Positions 42,497-49,879 of a DNA stretch of 49,879 bases are shown piece by piece. The notes beneath the pieces were generated by a model. It saw only the letters and a program-made list of their open reading frames with translations, did no database searches and was not told where the DNA came from. Origin of the DNA: Synechococcales cyanobacterium VAR_4_metabat_354 (GTDB lineage: Bacteria > Cyanobacteriota > Cyanobacteriia > Cyanobacteriales > Chamaesiphonaceae); NCBI GenBank assembly GCA_031414775.1, contig JANOQI010000012.1, positions 1 through 49,879 of the forward strand, in the 5' to 3' direction. The translations under genes and the position numbers were made by a program. Position 1 is the stretch's first letter, and every line of letters begins with the position of its first letter.

Positions 42497-43198
42497 ATGC
42501 TAGATCAAATTTTGCAGTCTCCCTGGCATGTGGGAGCTGAAGTCCCAGCCTTGCTGGTGGTTCTTGTGGCTTTAGAAGCTGTTCTCTCCGCCGATAATGC
42601 CATTGCCCTGGCGGCGATCGCCCAAGGTTTAAAGGATGAAAAACTCCGCAATCAAGCCCTGAATTTCGGACTAGTGGTAGCCTACATTCTGCGGATGGCT
42701 CTAATCCTCACCGCCACCTGGGTCAATCAATACTGGCAGTTTCAGCTACTGGGGGCAATCTATCTGCTGTGGTTAGTTTTTCAACACTTTAGCAGTCAAC
42801 TGTCTGAAGATGGATCTGAAGCTTTAGATAAAGCCGAATATACATCTCTTTGGCAAGTAATTCCGCTGATTGGGATCACTGATTTGGCCTTTTCACTAGA
42901 TAGTGTGACCACAGCCACTGCCATCTCTAACAATACTTGGTTAGTATTGGCCGGTGGTACGATCGGAGTCATTACTTTGCGTTTTATGGCTGGTTTATTT
43001 ATTCGGTGGTTGGATGAATATGTGAATTTAGAAAATGCTGGTTACGCTACTGTGGGTTTAGTTGGTCTGCGGTTGGCAACTAGGGCACTTCAACCGAGTC
43101 TGGTACCGCCAGAGTGGCTGATGGTAGTAGTAATTGGGTTGATTTTTGCTTGGGGTTTCTCGCAAAAAATGGTGGTGGAAGATGGTAAAGAAGGATGA
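42497..43198 (+). CDS. TerC family membrane protein
   Basis: LEAVLSADNAIALA, AYILR, DLAFSLDSV. Confidence 0.9.
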   Translation: MLDQILQSPWHVGAEVPALLVVLVALEAVLSADNAIALAAIAQGLKDEKLRNQALNFGLVVAYILRMALILTATWVNQYWQFQLLGAIYLLWLVFQHFSSQLSEDGSEALDKAEYTSLWQVIPLIGITDLAFSLDSVTTATAISNNTWLVLAGGTIGVITLRFMAGLFIRWLDEYVNLENAGYATVGLVGLRLATRALQPSLVPPEWLMVVVIGLIFAWGFSQKMVVEDGKEG

Positions 43199-43589
43199 AC
43201 CAGTCGATTTGCAAATCTCGGTTAAGGCTCTGGGCTTAGATTGCATTGAGCGACACATCATCATTTGTGCTGATGCTAGCAAACCAAAATGTATCGATCG
43301 AGCGGCTAGTTTGGCTTCTTGGGATTATCTGAAGCAAAGATTGCAGGAATTGGGGTTAGTTCAGCCGCAACCAGAGCATCCCAGTTGTATTTTCCGTACC
43401 AAAGCCAATTGCTTGCGGGTTTGTCAGCAGGGACCAATCATGGTTGTCTATCCGGATGGCGTTTGGTATCATTCGGCCAACCCAGAAGTGATTGAGCAAA
43501 TCATCCAGGATCACATTATCAATAATCAAGTTGTTTCGGCCTATGCTTTTGTTCAGCAGCCACTTTCAGCTCATCTTCATCAGGCATAA
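43182..43589 (+). CDS. Thioredoxin-like [2Fe-2S] ferredoxin
   Basis: RHIIIC...PKC, RTKANCLRVC.QGP.MVVYPDGVWY; overlaps the end of terC. Confidence 0.88.
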   Translation: MVKKDEPVDLQISVKALGLDCIERHIIICADASKPKCIDRAASLASWDYLKQRLQELGLVQPQPEHPSCIFRTKANCLRVCQQGPIMVVYPDGVWYHSANPEVIEQIIQDHIINNQVVSAYAFVQQPLSAHLHQA

Positions 43590-43732
43590 GTTGAGCAAAG
43601 TGTTCTAGGGCACTTAATAAACCGTACAATTGCCTAGTGGATTCATGCGTGATCGGGGTACCGTTTTCACCTCATGGTTTAAGCCTCCAACGATCATGCC
43701 AAACTTAGTTGATTTAAGATAGCCAAAAAATC

Positions 43733-44380
43733 ATGAAAGCATTTAACAGCAAAAATCAAAAGAAATTGTTGCTGGTCGATGATGATCCTAATCTAATTCT
43801 GTTAGTCAGAGACTACCTAGAGTTTCGTGGGTACGAAGTTGTCACCGCCGAAAACGGCCGAGAGGCGCTAGAGATTTTGGCGCGTGAACTACCCGATATG
43901 ATCATCTGCGATATCATGATGCCAGAAATGGATGGCTATGGGTTCGTAGAAGAACTGCGTAAACAGAATCAAGCCAGCTGGATCCCAGTTTTGTTTTTAT
44001 CGGCCAAGGGTCAAAGTCAGGATCGGATTAAGGGTCTGAATTTGGGAGCGGATGTCTATATGGTGAAGCCTTTTGAGCCAGAGGAATTAGTGGCTCAGGT
44101 GGAATCTTCGCTCAAGCAATCTGGTCGTTTGATTCAACATGGTGACACTGGTAATTTAAATGACACGATGATTCAGGTGAATCCTTCAGTCGAGCTGACT
44201 CCCACCGAAGTTAAGGTGGTGCAGCTAGTAGCTAAAGGATTGGCCAACAAAGATATTGCCCAACAAATGAGCCTAAGTCAAAGAACCGTCGAAAGCCACG
44301 TTTCCAATATGTTGGGCAAAACTGGTTTAAACAACCGCACGGAGTTGGCGCGGTGGGCGATCGAATGCCGGATGGCTTGA
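43733..44380 (+). CDS. NarL/FixJ-family response regulator (Rre1/Ycf29-like group)
   Basis: LLLVDDD, ICDIMMP.MDG, LSAK, KPF; LuxR HTH LTPTE...GLANKDIA...SQRTVESHVSN. Confidence 0.92.
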   Translation: MKAFNSKNQKKLLLVDDDPNLILLVRDYLEFRGYEVVTAENGREALEILARELPDMIICDIMMPEMDGYGFVEELRKQNQASWIPVLFLSAKGQSQDRIKGLNLGADVYMVKPFEPEELVAQVESSLKQSGRLIQHGDTGNLNDTMIQVNPSVELTPTEVKVVQLVAKGLANKDIAQQMSLSQRTVESHVSNMLGKTGLNNRTELARWAIECRMA

Positions 44381-44484
44381 TAGCACTTAGATGGAAATTA
44401 TTCCGCCAATTAGCCCTGCTCATTAACCTAATTGGTTAGCGATAATCGGAAGCAATATCTCTTTGCTGATTATCTGTGCCGATT

Positions 44485-45216
44485 ATGACCTACAGCCTGC
44501 GGATTACGGATATGCCAGTGGATGAAAGACCACGGGAAAGGCTGCTATCTCATGGGGCTAAACAACTCAGCACCGCCGAGCTAATTGCGATCTTATTAGG
44601 TACAGGACAAGGGCCGGGCAAACTGTCAGCAGTCGGGTTAGGAACTTATATTTTGGCTCAGCTAGGGCAGTCCCAACGCGACCCCCTCGAAAAACTGCGG
44701 GAAGTTACCCCTGCCGAGTTGACAATAATTTTGGGAGTTGGACCAGCCAAAGCGGCCACGATCTTGGCTGGCATTGAATTAGGCAAAAGAACCTTTCAGA
44801 TCAAGCCTGGCGAAAAAACAATTGTGGACAGCCCTGGTGCGGCGGCGGCGGCTTTAAGTCACGACCTCATGTGGATGACTCAAGAAAAATTTGCGGTGGT
44901 ATTGCTCGATGTCAAAAATCGGCTGCTGGGTACTCATATCATTACGATCGGCACCGCTACCGAGACCCTCGCGCCACCCCGTGAAATTTTTCGGGAAGTG
45001 CTACGCCAAGGAGCTACCAGAGTAATTGTGGCGCACAATCACCCCAGCGGCAGTCTCGACCCGAGTGCCGAAGATCTGAGTTTAACCAAACAGCTGTTAG
45101 CTGGTGCTGAATTATTGAACATTCCGCTCCTTGACCATCTTATTTTGGGTAATGGTGACTGGAGTAGCCTGCGCCAGACTACTGATCTGTGGCAGGCTTA
45201 TCCCCAAGCAGCCTAA
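44485..45216 (+). CDS. radC: RadC family JAB-domain protein
   Basis: [43 protein letters not shown]. Confidence 0.93.
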   Translation: MTYSLRITDMPVDERPRERLLSHGAKQLSTAELIAILLGTGQGPGKLSAVGLGTYILAQLGQSQRDPLEKLREVTPAELTIILGVGPAKAATILAGIELGKRTFQIKPGEKTIVDSPGAAAAALSHDLMWMTQEKFAVVLLDVKNRLLGTHIITIGTATETLAPPREIFREVLRQGATRVIVAHNHPSGSLDPSAEDLSLTKQLLAGAELLNIPLLDHLILGNGDWSSLRQTTDLWQAYPQAA

Positions 45217-45218
45217 AG

Positions 45219-47240
45219 CTAAGTGCTACCTGGCGTAGTCAATACTCGATCAATCATATTTTCTGGCACCTCTTGCAGATGATGATCCGCCCAAGTGAAG
45301 CAGCCGACCCCCAGAGACAGGGATCGCAGCTCCACAATGAAATTATGCATTTCAGCTTGGGGCAGATAGGCATCGACTACATCCCAATCTAGCCAGCCCG
45401 CTTTGGCATCGTAGCCCAAGATTTGACCGCGATGGCCGCTGATGAGTTGCAAAACCTTGGAAGTGTATTCTTTGGGGACAGAGACTTGGATAGTCTCGAT
45501 CGGCTCCAACAAGATCGGCTGACATTTCTGCATTCCTTCAGTCATCGCCAATCGTGCCGCATTTTTGAAGGCTTGCTCCGAACTATCAACGGCGTGATAA
45601 GAGCCGTTAGTGAGCGTTACCGAGACATCTACGACCGGGAAGCCTAAAGGTCCATGGGCGAGATAGTCGCGCACGCCAGTTTCGACACCGGGAATATATT
45701 GCTTAGGCACGGCTCCACCGACAATCTTTTCTTGGAAGCTAAAGCCTGTTCCTCGTGGCAGGGGCTGAATATTCAGATAGACATCGCCAAACTGCCCATG
45801 ACCACCAGATTGGTGTTTGTAACGGCCATGGCTGTCGGCCAGAGGTTCCCGAATCGTTTCTTTGTAGGCGATTTGGGGCAAATGGGTTTGCATTGGCAGG
45901 TTATATTTGCGGTGCAATCGATCGAGCGTCACTTGCAAATGAATCTCGCCCTGACCCCAGAGAATCACTTCGTGGGTGTCACCATGCTGTTCCCAATAGA
46001 GTGCCGGATCTTCTTCACAGATTTTGCTCAAAGCGGCGCTGAGTTTCACTTCATCATTGCGTTTGCTAGGGACGATCGCTAGGGCATAAACCGGCGGCAG
46101 TGGTGCCGCTGTCGGCAACTCGTGGGTGACTGGCCGATTGCTGAGGGTGGTGCCAGTTGCTACTCCCTCCAACCGTCCCAAGGCCACAATTTCACCGGCC
46201 TGTGCCATTTGCAAGCTTTGACTTTGCTGACCCTGAAGCCGATAGATACCGCTAGTCCGAATGCCATTGAGTGTCATGCCATCGGTCAGCATTCCTTGCC
46301 ACACCCGAACCAACGACATTTTGCCACCTTGGAGGGTATAGAAAGTCTTGATCACCTGCGCCATTACGCCATCACCGAGTTTCAGCTCGCGGCGTTCGGC
46401 GGTGGCACTAGCATCGGGGGCTTCGCGCACTAGGGCTTGCAGTAGTGATAGCACGCCATAATCTTTGTCGGTCGCGCCCACACAAACGGGTACTACTAAG
46501 TCAGCACCCAATTCTAGGCGTAGATCTTTCATGATTTCGGCAGTACTGGGTTCAATCTCATCTAGTAGTTCTGCTAGTAGGTGGTCATCAAAGTTGGCCA
46601 GCTCTTCCAGCATTTCGGTGCGTGCTACCTTTTCTGAAACCTGTAAGTGAGCGGGGAAAGCAACTGGTTTGTTAGTACCAGACTGATAATGATAGGCTTG
46701 CTCGGTTACTAGATCGATGAAGCCCAATAGTTCTGCCCCTTGCTGGATCGGGTACTGGTGAGCAATCAGGGGGCGGCTAGAAACATGCTGCAAAGCGTGA
46801 AGCAAATCAATGAATTCGACGTTCGATCGATCCATTTTATTTATAAATACCAGGTGGGGAATTTCCCAATCGTCTAAAAATTTAAATAGGGGAGAGAGGG
46901 TCAGAACTCTCTCAATCACTGGCTCGCAGACTACTACAGCGATATCCACACCAGTGAGGGCATTATGGGTTTCTTGACTGAATTCGATCGAACCAGGGCA
47001 GTCGATAAAGGTAAACTGCACATCTTCGTAGGTGGCCGTAGCGGCGGTAATTTCGACACTCATCTGTCGATCGCGGGCTTCTGGAACGTGATCACCAACG
47101 GTGTTGCGGTCTTTGACTTGTCCTTTGCGCGAAATACGATGGGTAAGGGAGAGAATACTTTCGAGTAAGGTGGTTTTGCCGCTGAGGTAGGGGCCAACTA
47201 GGCCCACGTTACAGATACGGCCGCTTGCTGCTTTTTGCAT
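45219..47240 (-). CDS. Elongation factor G paralog (EF-G2/FusA2-like)
   Basis: GPYLSGKTT, DCPGS, NKMD, GEIHL, YKETI, HQSGGHGQFG, GSYHAVDSSE, LLEP; start MQKAA at 47240 with AGAGG RBS. Confidence 0.9.
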   Translation of the reverse strand: MQKAASGRICNVGLVGPYLSGKTTLLESILSLTHRISRKGQVKDRNTVGDHVPEARDRQMSVEITAATATYEDVQFTFIDCPGSIEFSQETHNALTGVDIAVVVCEPVIERVLTLSPLFKFLDDWEIPHLVFINKMDRSNVEFIDLLHALQHVSSRPLIAHQYPIQQGAELLGFIDLVTEQAYHYQSGTNKPVAFPAHLQVSEKVARTEMLEELANFDDHLLAELLDEIEPSTAEIMKDLRLELGADLVVPVCVGATDKDYGVLSLLQALVREAPDASATAERRELKLGDGVMAQVIKTFYTLQGGKMSLVRVWQGMLTDGMTLNGIRTSGIYRLQGQQSQSLQMAQAGEIVALGRLEGVATGTTLSNRPVTHELPTAAPLPPVYALAIVPSKRNDEVKLSAALSKICEEDPALYWEQHGDTHEVILWGQGEIHLQVTLDRLHRKYNLPMQTHLPQIAYKETIREPLADSHGRYKHQSGGHGQFGDVYLNIQPLPRGTGFSFQEKIVGGAVPKQYIPGVETGVRDYLAHGPLGFPVVDVSVTLTNGSYHAVDSSEQAFKNAARLAMTEGMQKCQPILLEPIETIQVSVPKEYTSKVLQLISGHRGQILGYDAKAGWLDWDVVDAYLPQAEMHNFIVELRSLSLGVGCFTWADHHLQEVPENMIDRVLTTPGST

Positions 47241-47538
47241 GACTGAACCTCTAGGAGGATGAGAAATGGATGAGCAGAAATCAGCGATTCCGAATGGTTG
47301 CCCAAGAGTCCTCGATGGAGGACTGTGGATACGCCCCAAATTTGGCCGGCGGGGGGCAAGGATTGGCTTTGCTTCACCAAAATCTGCGGATGTAGCGCTC
47401 TTCTGAAATATTTACTAATGGAGCACTACGGGCGAATATATTCTGTAATTTAATCTCGCTAATACTTTATGGTTCTTAGAGTAGGCTTGATTGTTACTGG
47501 TTCGATCGTATTTCTACAGAACTTAATATAGGGTTGAT

Positions 47539-48120
47539 TTAGGTGCCCACCTTTTTGGCTTTCTGCAACCAGCCCAAGATATTAGCAACCGTGAGCTGCA
47601 CAGACTGAGCAAACATTGGCACTGGCAAAACGGTACTCAGTTCATCAATCACATCCAGCTTTTGACTAATCCCAACTACCATCACTAATTTATCTTCTGG
47701 GTCAATCAACCAACCCATTTGGGTACCATGCACTAAGCAATGATTGATGTTTTTCAAGACTTTGGCTGGCCATTGCTCCGGTGAAAGGATCTCAATTGTC
47801 CAATCGGGGGCGATCACAAAAACGTTTTCAATTTCTCCCGCAGCATTAACAGACACTCTGAAGTTCTCAAACACAGATATGTCAGGAACGAGTGCTCGGC
47901 TACCAAAAGTACACTGCAATTCAGTAAAAGCAGTAGCAATACCTGGTCGCTCTAAGGTGATGTCTAATTCAGTTGATAATTTACACTGAATAATGCTGTG
48001 ATGACCTTGAAGCATAGGCTTTTGGCTAATCTTACCGTCAATATATTCGCTAGCTGGCTTAGTATCCGGTAACTTTAGAAATTCTTCTAGGGTAATCTGC
48101 TTAATTGAAGTCTGCACCAT
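47539..48120 (-). CDS. Uma2 family endonuclease
   Basis: ITLEEFL.LP.TKPASEYIDG, VPDISVF, PDWTIEILSP, GWLIDPE. Confidence 0.9.
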   Translation of the reverse strand: MVQTSIKQITLEEFLKLPDTKPASEYIDGKISQKPMLQGHHSIIQCKLSTELDITLERPGIATAFTELQCTFGSRALVPDISVFENFRVSVNAAGEIENVFVIAPDWTIEILSPEQWPAKVLKNINHCLVHGTQMGWLIDPEDKLVMVVGISQKLDVIDELSTVLPVPMFAQSVQLTVANILGWLQKAKKVGT

Positions 48121-48180
48121 AAGAGATCTTCTCCAAAAAGTCTTGCATTCATTATCAATCAGGTATTAGATTGCTGCTGT

Positions 48181-49152
48181 TTAAAATATCCTGTTAAGTG
48201 ATTTGCTAGGTAACTCAAATGGCATAATGTCATTAAATAAAGAAATATTTATAGCACCACACGAGCAATATTCTTTAATTGTGTTAGCAACAAATATTCC
48301 AAGGTTTACAGGAACTGCATTTCCTATCATTTGCTCCAAATTTGTTTTAGTTCCAGAAAATTTAAAGTTAGAAGGAAATGTTTGTATATAACTACGCTCA
48401 ATAGTCGTAAGTGGCCTAATCTTGGCAATATCAACATTATCAGGATCGCAAGTGTTAAGTTTGTATCCTTTTGGTACTGGTCGATTAACTCCGCGAATGG
48501 TGGGGCTAGGTTCATCGATAGTGAAAACCCCTCTTCTGTTATAGTTCCTAGGATGCCTATAGTATAGATCAACTCCAAGCTTATCACCCAAGTAATCTCG
48601 GATAGTCATTTGTTTTATTGAAAGATTTTTTTTAAAAATACCAGTTAATTGATTGTGTTTATCATTAAGATGTCCAATCAAAAAAAATCTCGTTCTTGAT
48701 TGAGGAACTCCACAAAAAGAGGCATCAAGAATTACTGAGCTAAGACCATAACCTGTCTGTGAAAATTGTTTTATAACATCTGAGAGAATCTGACTTTTTT
48801 TAATTTGTTCTACATTTTCCATGACAAACCAGCTTAGTTTGATTGTACAAACAATACTTGCAAAATGATAAGTTAGATCAGCTCTACCTAAGGTTACATC
48901 ACGTTTTCCAGCACTAGAAAAGTCCTGACATGGTGGGCCACCCATTATTAGATCTGGTTCATAAACTACTATTTTTTCAATAGCCTCTACTTCATTTTTC
49001 AGATCTTGCTTTAAGATTGGATGAGTAAAGTTTTCTTTATAAACATCGATTGATGGCTCCCAATTTTCAAATGCTGCAACCACATTAAAGCCAGCTTTCT
49101 CAAAACCTAGTGAAAGACCACCACATCCAGCAAACAGGTCAATACATCTCAT
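48181..49152 (-). CDS. DNA (cytosine-5) methyltransferase, HindV/HgiDI-like (likely GRCGYC)
   Basis: DLFAGCGG, GGPPCQDFS, MENV, PQSRTR, YYRHPR.Y.RR target region, QTFP, IGNAVP; ATGA overlap with the upstream endonuclease gene. Specificity is inferred from family resemblance. Confidence 0.92.
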   Translation of the reverse strand: MRCIDLFAGCGGLSLGFEKAGFNVVAAFENWEPSIDVYKENFTHPILKQDLKNEVEAIEKIVVYEPDLIMGGPPCQDFSSAGKRDVTLGRADLTYHFASIVCTIKLSWFVMENVEQIKKSQILSDVIKQFSQTGYGLSSVILDASFCGVPQSRTRFFLIGHLNDKHNQLTGIFKKNLSIKQMTIRDYLGDKLGVDLYYRHPRNYNRRGVFTIDEPSPTIRGVNRPVPKGYKLNTCDPDNVDIAKIRPLTTIERSYIQTFPSNFKFSGTKTNLEQMIGNAVPVNLGIFVANTIKEYCSCGAINISLFNDIMPFELPSKSLNRIF

Positions 49153-49708
49153 TCAAATAGACTCGGTGAATTGAACAGAATAGCATCAAATCTTCTTTCT
49201 GGGCTTAGTAAATGTTGTCCTCCTCCTAGGATAATTTCTTTTATTTCAGATTTTGTTACGGCTGGCTTTATTAGTCTGTCGCATAACATATACTTGTTTG
49301 TTATATTGCCAGCAGACGCAAAAGCCTTATCATTTTTCGTGTTATATGAAAGACCGTCAATTATTTTCTTATGATTGAATTTATTATGATCTTTTATATC
49401 ACTAAGCATTTTATACAGCCAAATAGCTGTCCTTGTTTGTCTAGTTATATTTGTTGAACCTGAGCTTCTATTGGCTATTTTTGCAATGAAATTGCTAAAT
49501 CCAGCATTACTCCATACAAACAGGTCTAGACAATTTTCAGCAAGTTCTGGAGATTTTCCTATTGTTTTCCAAATCGGTTGAAGTAGAAAGGCATATTGAT
49601 TATGTTCAACAGCAGCAGATATCTTTTCAATGGCATTCACAATTTCATTTATCTTTTTCAAAACAAGATTGGCATCAGACCAATCCTTTATTTTGATATC
49701 AGGTAGTA
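49149..49708 (-). pseudogene. 3' fragment of a HindVP-family type II restriction endonuclease, interrupted by an IS
   Basis: QPIWKT.GKSP.LAENCLD.FVWS, TKNDKAFA, ILGGGQ.LLSPERRFDA; family-like sequence begins only at ~PDIKIKDWSD and the upstream frame hits a stop at 49779-81. Confidence 0.75.
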
Positions 49709-49879
49709 AGTAGGTCATACAAGACAAAAAGAGTATGCATATTTCAATACTAATTGAGATAGATAATACTTCATGAGACTAATGAAAACTGTTCAACACG
49801 CATCTTGTTTTTCTGATTTCTTGACTCAATAGCAGCTATTACTCCTTCCCTTAACTCGCTTTCGTCTGCAAACATGCGA
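49709..49879 (-). mobile_element. Right end of an IS630-family element (continues beyond the window)
   Basis: Plus strand TA|AGTAGGTCATAC junction (TA target at 49707-08) exactly where endonuclease similarity stops; transposase-like tail inside. Confidence 0.65.
49771..49878 (-). CDS. IS630 family transposase, C-terminal end (partial)
   Basis: RMFADESELREGVIAAIESRNQKNKMRVEQFSLVS* resembles the recalled cyanobacterial IS630 C-terminus RMFEDEYDL...I...E.R.......ERF.F. Confidence 0.65.
   Translation of the reverse strand, partial: RMFADESELREGVIAAIESRNQKNKMRVEQFSLVS

Noticed and set aside
44485..45216. RadC as a mobile-element or anti-defence gene
   Set aside because: It is the full-length form with HhH region in a housekeeping context with host-like composition.
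49149..49727. Intact 192-aa restriction endonuclease as given in the ORF track
   Set aside because: The TTG/ATG starts fall within the putative IS630 end and the N-terminal part of the family is missing.

Overview
Cyanobacterial chromosomal segment, judged from photosynthesis and tocopherol genes (petL, psb32, hpt, tocopherol cyclase) and very dense CGATCG/HIP1-type palindromes. Most of it is housekeeping: Orn/Lys/Arg decarboxylase, nrdJ, pyrG, thiC with a TPP riboswitch, lepB, pyrC, carB, a carboxy(nor)spermidine-type dehydrogenase/decarboxylase pair, APS reductase, ABC subunits, cax, radC and an EF-G paralog. Four accessory patches interrupt it. (1) About 28.0-30.6 kb is AT-rich and holds an EamA exporter, an RHH protein with upstream repeats and a ~175-nt highly structured element closed by an inverted repeat. 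(2) 32.5-33.75 kb has a stand-alone RlaP/YcgL-like Pol-beta nucleotidyltransferase next to a decayed CheA-type receiver fragment. (3) 35.2-39.2 kb is the best candidate for an undescribed system: an HTH protein derived from a truncated, P-loop-degenerate NB-ARC/STAND protein, transcribed divergently across a palindromic GCCAA operator-like region from a fungal-type vanadium chloroperoxidase, a 2-TM protein and an alpha/beta hydrolase. (4) 47.5-49.9 kb has a Uma2 nuclease and a HindVP-type R-M pair whose endonuclease appears interrupted by an IS630 element. Features missing from the ORF track include petL, the TPP riboswitch, a Zur-like box, the receiver pseudogene and the IS630 transposase tail. 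All assignments come from motif recognition by eye; no searches were run.
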